In this document: positions 18,556 to 27,573 of the stretch, piece after piece
Layout of the letters: each line of letters begins with the position of its first letter
Numbering within the stretch: the stretch's first letter is position 1
Source: Candidatus Poriferisocius sp.
GTDB lineage: Bacteria > Actinomycetota > Acidimicrobiia > Acidimicrobiales > Bin134
NCBI RefSeq assembly: GCF_965219775.1
Contig: NZ_OZ244793.1
Location: forward strand, 724,249-788,248
Length of the DNA stretch: 64,000 nt
Direction of reading: 5' to 3'
Translations under genes and position numbers: made by a program
The notes under the pieces: generated by a model
The model's database searches: none
Told to the model about the DNA's origin: nothing
The model's input: the letters and a program-made list of their open reading frames with translations, nothing else

Positions 18556-20562
18556 ATGAGTTACGACCATCTGCTGTCGCCGGGACGCATCGGCACCCTG
18601 GAATTGCGCAACCGACTGATCATGGCCCCCATGGGCGAGGAGTTGGGCGACGAGAACGGCGAGGTGTCCGACGACCAAGCCGCCTACCTGGAAGCCCGGG
18701 CCAAGGGCGGGATGGCCGTGGTCATGCTGGGGTCGGTGGGGGTGGCCCATCCGGTGGGCTGTTCCAACAAGCGCCAGACCGCCATGTCCCACGACCGGTT
18801 CATCCCGTCGTGGCGGCGGGCGGCCGACCGGGTCCACGCCCACGGGGGCAAGATCGCCATGCAGCTCACGCACGCGGGCAAGATCGCCCTGCAGGACACC
18901 ATGGCGGGCCGCCCCCTGTGGGTGCCGTCGGAACCCGGTCCGGCCACCGTCGACCCCCTCTACGGGATGGTCACCGCCGAAGAAGGGGCCATGATGGCCG
19001 AGCCGCTCATGACCCCGGACTCCAAGGTCCACTACCGGGTGATGGACCACGACGACATCGCCACCGTGGTGGACCAGTTCGCCGCCGCCACCGTGCGGTC
19101 CCGGGAGGCCGGGGTGGACGCGGTGGAGCTGCACGGCGGCCACGGCTACCTCATCGACGCCTTCTTGTCGCCCACCATCAACACCCGCGACGACGAGTAC
19201 GGCGGATCGGTGGAGAACCGATCCCGCTTCCTGGTGGAGATCCTCACCGAGATCCGCCGACGGGTGGGCGACGACTACCCGGTGTGGGTGCGGCTCAACA
19301 GCACCGAGGTGGGCATCGACGGCATCGTGCTGGACGACGCCCTCCACAACGCCCGGGTGGCGGCGGCCGCCGGGGCCGACGCCATCCACGTGTCGGCCTA
19401 CCACGATCCCGGCATCGCCACCGGTCCGACCGAGTCCTACGCCCCCCACGTGCCCGAGCTGCTGGTGGCCAACGCCGCCGCCGTCAAGGCCGTGGTGGAC
19501 GTGCCGGTGATCGCGGTGGGCCGGATCAGCCCCGAAGCCGCCGACGGTCATATCGCCGACGGCGCCTACGATTTCGTGGCCATGGGCCGCAAGATCCTGG
19601 CCGACCCCGACCTACCCTCCAAGCTGGGCGCAGGCGAGCCCGACGACGTGCGACCGTGCGCCTACCACTACCGCTGCATCGGCAACATCTTCCTGCGGGT
19701 GGGCACCCGCTGCGCGGCCAACGGCTTCCTCGGCCGGGAGGACACCCTCACAACCGAGGCCGCCCCGGTGGCCAAGCGGATCCTGGTGGTCGGCGGTGGC
19801 CCCTCGGGCATGGAGACCGCTCGGGTGGCCGCCCTGCGGGGCCACGAGGTGACCCTGGCCGAGGGCTCCTCCCGGTTGGGGGGCCGCTGGGAACTGGCGT
19901 CGGCCGCCAACCCGACCAACGGCGAACTCCTGGAGTGGCTCCGGCGTCAGATCGACCAACTCGACGTGGACGTCCGGCTCGATACCCACCTGGACGCCGA
20001 CCAGGTGCAGGCGATGGCCCCCGACGCGGTGGTGGTGGCCACCGGGGGACGGTGGGGACGGCCCGCGGTGGACGGCTTTGACGACCCCCGGGTGTGGGGC
20101 GTGGACGACCTGGGGCCCTGGCTGCTGGAAGGGGAGACCCTGGACGCCGAGCGGGTGGTGGTGCTCGGGGGCAACGTGCCCGGCATCGGGGTGACCGAAG
20201 CGGCCACCCGGCAGGGGGCCGACGTGACCCTGATCGAGTCGGGCCCGGCCTTCGGCGAAGCGCTGGGGTTGCCGGGCCGCTGGCGGGCGGTCAACGACTT
20301 CGCCCAGGCCGGGGTCCACTTGGTGACCGGCGCCGAGGTGGTGGCCCTCACCGCCGAGGGCGTGGTGTGGCGGTCGAACGGGACCGAGCAGACCACCCCG
20401 GCCGACCTGGTGGTGGTGACCTCGGAGGTGACCGCCGATGCCACCTTGGCCGACGAACTCCGAGGCCTCGGCCTGGAGACCCACGCGGTGGGCGACTGCG
20501 CCCAACCCGGCTACCTGGAGGGCGCCATGCGCTCCGCCGTGGAGCTGGCCGCCACCCTGTAG
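18556..20562 (+). CDS. NADH:flavin oxidoreductase / 2,4-dienoyl-CoA reductase-like (OYE domain + FAD/NAD(P) domain)
   Basis: MSYDHLLSPGRIGTLELRNRLIMAPMGE is an OYE N-terminus. The C-terminal ILVVGGGPSGME is a Rossmann motif. Confidence 0.9.
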   Translation: MSYDHLLSPGRIGTLELRNRLIMAPMGEELGDENGEVSDDQAAYLEARAKGGMAVVMLGSVGVAHPVGCSNKRQTAMSHDRFIPSWRRAADRVHAHGGKIAMQLTHAGKIALQDTMAGRPLWVPSEPGPATVDPLYGMVTAEEGAMMAEPLMTPDSKVHYRVMDHDDIATVVDQFAAATVRSREAGVDAVELHGGHGYLIDAFLSPTINTRDDEYGGSVENRSRFLVEILTEIRRRVGDDYPVWVRLNSTEVGIDGIVLDDALHNARVAAAAGADAIHVSAYHDPGIATGPTESYAPHVPELLVANAAAVKAVVDVPVIAVGRISPEAADGHIADGAYDFVAMGRKILADPDLPSKLGAGEPDDVRPCAYHYRCIGNIFLRVGTRCAANGFLGREDTLTTEAAPVAKRILVVGGGPSGMETARVAALRGHEVTLAEGSSRLGGRWELASAANPTNGELLEWLRRQIDQLDVDVRLDTHLDADQVQAMAPDAVVVATGGRWGRPAVDGFDDPRVWGVDDLGPWLLEGETLDAERVVVLGGNVPGIGVTEAATRQGADVTLIESGPAFGEALGLPGRWRAVNDFAQAGVHLVTGAEVVALTAEGVVWRSNGTEQTTPADLVVVTSEVTADATLADELRGLGLETHAVGDCAQPGYLEGAMRSAVELAATL

Positions 20563-20585
20563 GCCGAGAACCTGTAGGCCGAGAA
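20556..20585. repeat. perfect 15-bp tandem duplication CCTGTAGGCCGAGAA x2 including the stop codon of 18556..20562
   Basis: Read directly. The second TAG is in frame, 5 codons after the first. Confidence 0.9.
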
Positions 20586-20613
20586 ACCGCGACCGCACGA
20601 GGAGCAGATCGTC

Positions 20614-21438
20614 ATGAGTTTTCGATTGGCCAACCGTTCCGGCGAGGCCGTGTTGCTGGACGGCGACGACTTCTGGGCCACCGGGACCGAACCGATGAGC
20701 GCCCTGGCGCGCCGAGAGGAACTGCACGAGCAGTGGGCCAACCGGGGGCGCCCGGACGGACAGGTCACCATGGCCGAGTTGGGCCCCCCGGTGCCGACGC
20801 CCCTGCAGGTGTTCGGCTACGGGCTGAACTATCGGGACCACATCGAGGAGATCGACCGCGACGACCCGTTGGGCGCCGCCGCCGGCGAGGCCCCGGTGGT
20901 GTTCACCAAGTTCCCCACCTGTTTGGTGGGCCCGGCGGCGTCGGTGCAGCTCGTGGGCGACCGCTGCGACTACGAGTGCGAACTGGTGGTGGTGATCGGC
21001 GTCGAAACCCGCAACATCGACGAGCGCCAGGCCTGGGACCGGGTGGCCGGCCTCATGATCGGCCAGGACATCTCCGACCGGGCCCTGCAGGGCGCGGCCT
21101 CACCGCCGCAGTTCTCGTTGGGCAAGTCCCGGTCCACGTTCGGACCCACCGGTCCTGCGTTGGTGAGCCCCGATTTGGTGCCCGACCCGGATGATCTGGC
21201 CATTTCCTGTCGGGTCAACGGCGAGGTGCGCCAGGACAGCCGCACCAGCCTGCTGCTGCGCCCGGTTGCGGAGATGGTGGCCTACTTGTCGTCGATTCTG
21301 ACCCTGCACCCCGGCGATCTGGTGTTCACCGGCACCCCCGGTGGCGTGGGCCACGGCCAGGGCATCTACCTGCAGCCCGGCGACCGGATCACCTCGGAAA
21401 TCGAGGGCCTCGGCACCCTGGAGAACACCTGCGTCTGA
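20614..21438 (+). CDS. fumarylacetoacetate hydrolase (FAH) family protein
   Basis: 274 aa. CDYECELVVVIG and FTGTPGGVG are motifs typical of the FAH family. Confidence 0.9.
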   Translation: MSFRLANRSGEAVLLDGDDFWATGTEPMSALARREELHEQWANRGRPDGQVTMAELGPPVPTPLQVFGYGLNYRDHIEEIDRDDPLGAAAGEAPVVFTKFPTCLVGPAASVQLVGDRCDYECELVVVIGVETRNIDERQAWDRVAGLMIGQDISDRALQGAASPPQFSLGKSRSTFGPTGPALVSPDLVPDPDDLAISCRVNGEVRQDSRTSLLLRPVAEMVAYLSSILTLHPGDLVFTGTPGGVGHGQGIYLQPGDRITSEIEGLGTLENTCV

Positions 21439-21456
21439 CGCCCCCGAGTTTGGCCA

Positions 21457-21538
21457 GGTCCCAGTGCTGGCCCACGGGGTAATCAGGGCAGGTACGAGGG
21501 CAGGCCCCAGTGGTAGCCCACGGGGTGATCAGGGCAGA
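21457..21538. repeat. imperfect 36-bp direct repeat (period 46) overlapping the 3' end and stop of 21529..22431
   Basis: GGTCCCAGTGCTGGCCCACGGGGTAATCAGGGCAGG versus GGCCCCAGTGGTAGCCCACGGGGTGATCAGGGCAGA. Confidence 0.7.
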
Positions 21539-22431
21539 CCCAGCATGTCGGCGGTCTCGGCGCTGGTGGCCACCGGGCGGCCCACCCGGGCGCACAGCGC
21601 CACCGCCTCGGCCAGCAACTCCTGGTTGGTGGGGCTGCGGTCGGGGTCGTAGAACTCCTCGATGCCCACGTGCAGGTGGCCGCCCAGCTCCAGGGCCAGC
21701 CGGGCCACCGGGGTGGCCATGAGGTCGCCACCCCACACCGACACCGACCACGGGATGTCGGTGCCCTCCAGCATGTCGAGATAGGCCAACAGGGCGTGCT
21801 TGGTGGGTGACAGCCCGAACGTCACCCCCCGGGATCGGCGGGTGAGACCCCACTCGCCCCCGAAGTAGAGCTTGGCTATCGACCCGGCGGGGAGCCGACC
21901 CGCCCGGTGGTAGGAGAGCACGCACTGCAAGAAGCCGGGCTCGTAGATGGCCAGTGCCGGTCCCCACTGGTGATCCCGGCACATCTCGAAGCTGGCCCGG
22001 ATGTCGGCGTAGTCGTTCCTGTAGGTGCCGCCCACCGGCAGGCCGTCGGGCCCGGCGGTGCCGATGTTGGTGGAGCCGGGGTCCACCACCCCCATGCGCA
22101 GCGGCACCTCGGCGGCGATGAGGGGCAGGTGGGCGTTGCGGGCCTGGTGGTCGCCCCCCGAGGTGAGTGTGGGATACCAGAGGGCGTCGGGCCGGGCGGC
22201 CAGCACCGGCCCCATGGCCTCGATGTAGGGCCCGGCGGCGTCGGCGCCGGTGAGGCTGATGTCGAAGTTGTGGGTGTGGATGATGGCCGCACCCCCGTCC
22301 AGGCAGGCCAGCGCGTCGGCGCCGATGGCCTCGGCGGTGAGCGGCACGTGGGGGTTGATCTCGGGCGTGGTGATGCCGTTGATGGCCACCTCGATGATGA
22401 CCGGGATGTCCTGGATTGCCGTCGTTGCCAT
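21529..22431 (-). CDS. 3-keto-5-aminohexanoate cleavage enzyme family (BKACE/DUF849)
   Basis: 300 aa. VIIEVAINGITTPEINPHVPLT...GAAIIHTHN is typical of BKACE. Confidence 0.85.
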   Translation of the reverse strand: MATTAIQDIPVIIEVAINGITTPEINPHVPLTAEAIGADALACLDGGAAIIHTHNFDISLTGADAAGPYIEAMGPVLAARPDALWYPTLTSGGDHQARNAHLPLIAAEVPLRMGVVDPGSTNIGTAGPDGLPVGGTYRNDYADIRASFEMCRDHQWGPALAIYEPGFLQCVLSYHRAGRLPAGSIAKLYFGGEWGLTRRSRGVTFGLSPTKHALLAYLDMLEGTDIPWSVSVWGGDLMATPVARLALELGGHLHVGIEEFYDPDRSPTNQELLAEAVALCARVGRPVATSAETADMLGLP

Positions 22432-22477
22432 GGCCCGATCCTATTGCGGGCGCGTCCGGCGTGGTTTACTGCCCATC

Positions 22478-23464
22478 GTGGTTGCACCGGCGACTGACGG
22501 CCCGTGGTTCGAGGATTTCACGGTGGGCGAGCAGCTCGACCCGGCGCCCGCCATCACCATCGGACCGGGGGAGGCGGCCGTCTACCAGGCCATCTGCGGC
22601 GACCCGCTGGCCGTCAGCTTGAGCCGCCCCCTGGCCGAGGCCGTCACCGGCCGGCCCGGAGCGGTGGTGAACCCGGCCCTGGTGATGCAGATGGCCATCG
22701 GACAGTCGACGGTGGCCACCCGCAAGGTGGTGGCCAACCTGTTCTACCGCGGGGTTCGCCTGCTGCGCACCGTGCGGGTGGGGGAGACGCTCACGACCAC
22801 GGTGACGGTCAAGGGGTTGCGGGAGGCGTCGGCCCGGCCCGACCGACCGCCCCGTGGTTTGGTCCTGCTCGCCATGCGGACGGTGGACACCGACGGCGGG
22901 CTCGTCTTGGACTTCGAGCGGTGCGCCCTGGTGCGCCAGCGCTCCGATGCCCCCACCGGTCGACACGACGACCTGGGGGGCAGCCCGGAGCAACTGGACT
23001 TTTCCCCCTTCGCCGAGGTGGCTCCCACCCACTGGGACCTGACGCCGCTGGGGCCGCCTCAGGAGTGGCCGGTGGGCGAGACCCGGCGTGACCCCCTGCG
23101 GGACACGGTCACCGACGCCCCCGCCCTGGTGCGCCTCACCCAGAACCTGGCCCCGCCCCATCGGGACGCGACGTTGGGCCAGGGGGGCCGTCGTCTGGTG
23201 TACGGGGGCCACACGGTGGGCCTGGCCCAGGCCGGGTTGGTGCGACTGTTCCCCGGCGCGGCCACCGTGGTGGGTTGGCACCTCTGCGACCACACCGGGC
23301 CGGTGTTCGAGGGCGATGTGCTGGAGGTGGCCGCCACCGTCGACGCCGAACACCGGGTGGCCAACGGCCGACTGCTGGCCTTCACCGTGGTCGTGACCGC
23401 CGAACGCGACGGCCACGACCCGGTGCCGGTGCTGGATTGGCGGCCGATCGTGCTGGCCCGGTGA
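22478..23464 (+). CDS. MaoC-like (R)-hydratase / double hot-dog protein
   Basis: GTG at 22478 gives VVAPATDGPWFEDFTVGEQL.., with hot-dog-like repeats. The track ORF from 22250 overlaps the divergent gene, so I chose the internal start. Confidence 0.75.
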   Translation: MVAPATDGPWFEDFTVGEQLDPAPAITIGPGEAAVYQAICGDPLAVSLSRPLAEAVTGRPGAVVNPALVMQMAIGQSTVATRKVVANLFYRGVRLLRTVRVGETLTTTVTVKGLREASARPDRPPRGLVLLAMRTVDTDGGLVLDFERCALVRQRSDAPTGRHDDLGGSPEQLDFSPFAEVAPTHWDLTPLGPPQEWPVGETRRDPLRDTVTDAPALVRLTQNLAPPHRDATLGQGGRRLVYGGHTVGLAQAGLVRLFPGAATVVGWHLCDHTGPVFEGDVLEVAATVDAEHRVANGRLLAFTVVVTAERDGHDPVPVLDWRPIVLAR

Positions 23465-24222
23465 GCGGCCCGCCGGAGCCCGACGACCACCAGTTGGCCC
23501 ACTGGTTGGCCCAGCGGGCGGGCGAGCAGCTCCTCGAACTGCGGGAGGAGATGGAGAACTCCCGGGCCGGCTACCTCCATCGGGAGCTGGCCGGCGACCA
23601 GCTCAGCCACCGTTTCCTGACCGGGGCCCTGGCCCAACTGCGGCCCGACGACATGGTGCTGTCGGAGGAGGGCCACGACGACCGGACCCGACTGGAGGCC
23701 GAGCGGGTGTGGATCGTGGATCCGCTCGACGGCTCCTCGGACTTCGCCGACCAGTGGAGCGACACCTGGGCGGTACACGTGGGTTTGACGGTGAACGGCG
23801 AACCGGTTGCCGGGGCCGTGGCCGTACCCCCGTGGGGTCGCACGTTCAGCACGGGGCACGCTCCGGAGCCGCCGGCCCATGCCGACCGTCGTCGGCCCCT
23901 GGTGGTGATGTCCCGCTCCCGGGTGCGCTGGGACGGCCATCGTCTGGCTCGCCACCTGGACGCCGACGTGTACGGGGTCGGCTCGGCCGGGGTGAAGGCC
24001 ATGGCCGTGGTGGTGGGTGAGGCCGACGCCTGGGTCCACGCCGGTGGGCTGTACGAGTGGGACACCTGCGCGCCCGCGGCGGTGGCGGTGGCCGCCGGCC
24101 TGCACGTCTCCCACCTGGACGGCTCGCCGCTGCGGTTCAACCGGGCCGACGTGGCCCAGTGGGGCATTCTCATCTGCCGTCCCGAGTTGGCCGCCACCCT
24201 GCAGGCCGCCTTCGCCGCCTGA
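23461..24222 (+). CDS. inositol monophosphatase / CysQ-like 3'(2'),5'-bisphosphate nucleotidase family
   Basis: GTG at 23461 overlaps the upstream TGA (GTGA coupling). Motifs EEG..D, WIVDPLDGS and a late WDTCA. Confidence 0.8.
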   Translation: MSGPPEPDDHQLAHWLAQRAGEQLLELREEMENSRAGYLHRELAGDQLSHRFLTGALAQLRPDDMVLSEEGHDDRTRLEAERVWIVDPLDGSSDFADQWSDTWAVHVGLTVNGEPVAGAVAVPPWGRTFSTGHAPEPPAHADRRRPLVVMSRSRVRWDGHRLARHLDADVYGVGSAGVKAMAVVVGEADAWVHAGGLYEWDTCAPAAVAVAAGLHVSHLDGSPLRFNRADVAQWGILICRPELAATLQAAFAA

Positions 24223-24253
24223 GCGGGCATTGCCGGTGGTCTAGGTTCTGGCC

Positions 24254-25294
24254 ATGAGATTGGGCATGTTGGGGGCGGCCTGGATCGGTCCGATGGGTGT
24301 CATCGAACCGGCCCGGGAGATCGACGGGGTGGAGTTGACGGCGGTGGCCGCCCGCGATCCGGGCCGGGCTCGGGCCTACGCCGATGAGCACGGCATCCCC
24401 AGAGTGTTCGACAGCTACGAGGCCCTGGTGGCCTCCGAGGACGTGGACGCCATCTACAACCCGCTGCCCAACTCCCATCACGCCCTGTGGACCATTGCCG
24501 CCCTGGAGGCGGGCAAGCCCGTGCTCTTGGAGAAGCCGTTCACCGCCAACGCCGAGGAGGCCCGTCGGGTGGCGGAGGTGGCGGAGCGCACCGGCTTGGT
24601 GGTGATGGAGGCCTTCCACTGGCGGTTCCACCCCCAGGCCGCCCGGGCCATCCAACTGGTGGGTGAGGGGGCGGTGGGGGAGATCACCCACGTGGAGGCG
24701 GCGATGATCTTCCCCTCGATGCACGGCCCCGACGACATCCGCTACCGCTACGACCTGGCCGGTGGCGCCCTCATGGACACCGGTTCCTACGCCCTCAGCA
24801 ACCTACGGGTGTTCGGGGAGCTCGACGTGGTGCGGGCCGAGGCCGTGGAGATGGCCCCCGACGTCGACCAGCGCACCACCGCGGAGCTGCGGTACCGCGA
24901 CGGTGACGCCACCGCTTCCGTTGTGTCGGCGTTCACCGGCATCGACCAGAAAGTGGAGCTGGACACCACCGAGGCCATCGACATTGATGCTCTGGCCGCC
25001 GACTTCCGGGCCGAGGTGGTGGTGAGCGGTACCGACGGGAAGCTCCACATCGACAACCCGCTGGCCCCCATGTGGGGCCAAGGCCTGACGCTGACCGACG
25101 CCGACGGCGCCACCGTGTTGCACGAAGCGGCCGAGCAGGTGGCCACCTACACCTGCCAGCTCCGGGACTTTCGGGCCTGCGTGGAGGACGGCGGACCCAA
25201 CCTTTACCCGCCGTCGGAATCGATCAAGACCATGGAGCTGATCGACGCGGTGTACCAGGCCGCCGGTCTGCCGGTGCGCCAGGGGATCGGCTAG
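24254..25294 (+). CDS. Gfo/Idh/MocA family oxidoreductase
   Basis: 346 aa. N-terminal Rossmann fold and EKP motif (LLEKPFTAN). Confidence 0.9.
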   Translation: MRLGMLGAAWIGPMGVIEPAREIDGVELTAVAARDPGRARAYADEHGIPRVFDSYEALVASEDVDAIYNPLPNSHHALWTIAALEAGKPVLLEKPFTANAEEARRVAEVAERTGLVVMEAFHWRFHPQAARAIQLVGEGAVGEITHVEAAMIFPSMHGPDDIRYRYDLAGGALMDTGSYALSNLRVFGELDVVRAEAVEMAPDVDQRTTAELRYRDGDATASVVSAFTGIDQKVELDTTEAIDIDALAADFRAEVVVSGTDGKLHIDNPLAPMWGQGLTLTDADGATVLHEAAEQVATYTCQLRDFRACVEDGGPNLYPPSESIKTMELIDAVYQAAGLPVRQGIG

Positions 25295-25331
25295 CCGGCC
25301 TGGCGACACTCCCCGCTGGCCAGGGCTAGCC
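25289..25331. terminator. long imperfect palindrome embedding both convergent stop codons (GGCTAGCC...CCTGGC-N14-GCCAGG-GCTAGCC)
   Basis: Read directly. Likely a bidirectional terminator hairpin. No U-tract. Confidence 0.4.
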
Positions 25332-26147
25332 CGTCCCGGCCAGCACCCGGCGGGTGGCGTCGCCGAGGAGGCGGGCGAAACCCACCGGACCCAGCGACGC
25401 CAGCCGTTCGCCGTCGAACACTTCCAGGGTGATCGGGGCGGCACATCCCGCCTCCCGCATGGTCCGCAGAGCGCCCAAGAGGTCGATGGCCCCTTCGCCG
25501 GGGACGCCCCGGCAGTGGCGGGTGGCCCAGGCCAGGTCCGACGGGGGCTCGGCCGGGGCGTCGTTGAGCTGGATGGCGCCGATCAGATGGCCGGGCACCG
25601 CCGCGAAGTCGGAGAAGTCACCGGGGCCGTGATGCACGTGCCAGAAGTCCACGGTGAGCCCGCAGTTGGGCCGGCCGGTGGCGGCAACCACCTCGGCGGC
25701 GGCCAGGGGATCGGGGACGGGCCGGTTGCGGCTGAACTCCATGTACACGTCCACCCCGACGGACGCGCCCTGGTCCGCAAGGTCGGCCATGGCCGCCACC
25801 ACCTGCTCTCGGGAGGTGGGGCCGGGACACACCAGCAGCGTGTTCACCCCGGTGGCCCCCAGGGCGGCGGCCGCCTCGAAGACGGTCCCCCGAGGGGCCT
25901 CCTCGTAGTAGGGCCCGCCGGGGTCGTCGGGACCAACCCACACGATGGCGGCGTCCATGTCGACCACCGCCAGCCCGGCGTCGCGGATGCGTTCGCCGAT
26001 GGCCGGGTCGGGCGGATAGACGGCGGGCCACAGGGTCAGCCCGGCAAAACCCCCGGCCACCGCCGCCTCGATGAGCACCTCGACGGGCGGGTTGTCGAGC
26101 GAGCCCGAACTGAGCACCAGGTCGTCGGGGCCGAGGTTCATCCCCAC
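25326..26147 (-). CDS. sugar phosphate isomerase/epimerase (xylose isomerase-like TIM barrel)
   Basis: 273 aa with an AP_endonuc_2-like layout (...VYMEF..., ...IQLND...). Confidence 0.8.
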   Translation of the reverse strand: MGMNLGPDDLVLSSGSLDNPPVEVLIEAAVAGGFAGLTLWPAVYPPDPAIGERIRDAGLAVVDMDAAIVWVGPDDPGGPYYEEAPRGTVFEAAAALGATGVNTLLVCPGPTSREQVVAAMADLADQGASVGVDVYMEFSRNRPVPDPLAAAEVVAATGRPNCGLTVDFWHVHHGPGDFSDFAAVPGHLIGAIQLNDAPAEPPSDLAWATRHCRGVPGEGAIDLLGALRTMREAGCAAPITLEVFDGERLASLGPVGFARLLGDATRRVLAGTG

Positions 26148-26235
26148 CAGCTTGGCATCCTCACGGGGCCAACGCCGGAGTTGGCCATAGCGGGGGAGAT
26201 CCGGGCCTTCGCCAGGGCTTGGCCGGGGGCCTGCC

Positions 26236-27516
26236 CTATAGGCCGGCTTCGAGGTATTCGGTCAGGCCGATGCCGATCTCGTCGGCGAACGCCGGGTTGA
26301 TGGGGGCGTCGGCACCGGCCAGCTCCTGGAGGAACTGCGAGGTGACCAGGTGGTTGAGGGCGGCGAAGGTCACCGCCGGGTCGGCGAAGTCCGGGGTACA
26401 ACCGTCTTCGGCCCGGGCCACCTGGGCGGCCCCCAACAACGGTTCGAGGATGCCCAGTCCGCCCATGGACAGGATCTGGGGGCAACTGTCGGTGAAGCTG
26501 TTGTGCCCCGCTTTCTCCAACACGATGAAGCGTCGGGGTCCCGTCAAGGCCTCGAACAACTCCAGGCCGCGTTGGGCGGGCACGGTTTCGTCCAGTTCGG
26601 CCGAGATCACCAGCACGGGCTTGTCCCCTCCGGCGATCTCCCCGGAGAAGCCGCCGGCCAGGGCCACCGCGCTGAGCACTCGGTCGTCGGCCAATGCCCG
26701 CACGGCGGTGCCCGCGCCCGCGGAGTGGCCGATCACCCCGGTGCGGGAGGTGTCCACGGTGTCGGCGAAGGTCTGGTCGAGGGCGGCCAGGGTGTCGGCG
26801 ATGTCGGCCATGTCGGCTTCCGGGTCCGACCGGGCCGTACCGAACGACTGTGCGGGCAGGTTGCGGTGGATGTGCTCGGGGGAGGCCACGATGAACCCCC
26901 AGGAGGCCAGATGCACGGTGTGGAAGATGGCCACGTTGCGGTGCCCACCGAAGCCGTGGCTGTAGATGACGACGGGGAATTCGCCCGATGCCACCTCGGC
27001 GTCACGGTAGGCATTGGTCTCCACCACGCTCTGCAGCTCCTCGGGCAGCAGGCTGCGAAAGGCCTCGGGGATCACGCTGCCGGAGTCGAACTGGTCGGTT
27101 TCCTGCCCGGCCACCGCCTCGTCGGTGGTGGGGTACCAGACCTCCAGGATGCGCTGGTCGGCCTCGTCCCCCAACACCAGGGTGGTGGTTCCCACGGGGT
27201 GGGGCCCCGCCTCGCTGAGCACCTCGGGCAGGGGTTCGGGCGTGGCCTCGGGCGGCTCCGTGGGTGCGGGCGCCTCGGTGGGCGCCGGTTCCGGGGTGGC
27301 CTCGGGCGGATCTGGGGTGGCTTCGGGGGTTGCGGGCGCCTCCGTGGGTGCGGGCGCCTCGGTGGGCGCAGGCTCGGGAGTCGCCGGTGGCGTTGACTCG
27401 GCTTGCGGCTGGGTGGGCTGGGCGGCGGGTGGGGGAGTGTCGGCGTCGGAGCCGCAGCCCGCTGCTCCCAGAGCAACCAACAGGCACAGCCCGATTGCGG
27501 CCAAAGCGCTTCTCAC
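26236..27516 (-). CDS. secreted alpha/beta hydrolase lipoprotein with Pro/Thr/Glu/Ala-rich linker
   Basis: GTG at 27514-27516 (GGAAGGGA upstream) gives VRSALAAIGLCLLVALGAAGCGSD. Then a PT-rich repeat and a hydrolase core with GHSAG. Confidence 0.75.
   Translation of the reverse strand: MRSALAAIGLCLLVALGAAGCGSDADTPPPAAQPTQPQAESTPPATPEPAPTEAPAPTEAPATPEATPDPPEATPEPAPTEAPAPTEPPEATPEPLPEVLSEAGPHPVGTTTLVLGDEADQRILEVWYPTTDEAVAGQETDQFDSGSVIPEAFRSLLPEELQSVVETNAYRDAEVASGEFPVVIYSHGFGGHRNVAIFHTVHLASWGFIVASPEHIHRNLPAQSFGTARSDPEADMADIADTLAALDQTFADTVDTSRTGVIGHSAGAGTAVRALADDRVLSAVALAGGFSGEIAGGDKPVLVISAELDETVPAQRGLELFEALTGPRRFIVLEKAGHNSFTDSCPQILSMGGLGILEPLLGAAQVARAEDGCTPDFADPAVTFAALNHLVTSQFLQELAGADAPINPAFADEIGIGLTEYLEAGL
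27256..27369. repeat. 30-bp perfect direct repeat (84-bp period) encoding the APTEAPAPTE linker
   Basis: CTCCGTGGGTGCGGGCGCCTCGGTGGGCGC occurs at 27256-27285 and 27340-27369. Confidence 0.85.
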
Positions 27517-27573
27517 GTGGTTCCCTTCCGGTTGCGGCTTTCCTGGTTCGGGTCGTGAGCATACACTGCGGCC

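Noticed and set aside
27240-27400. Possible CRISPR-like or other array from periodic repeats
   Set aside because: The repeats are in-frame inside a coding PT-rich linker (84-bp period). There is no spacer/repeat architecture and no cas genes.
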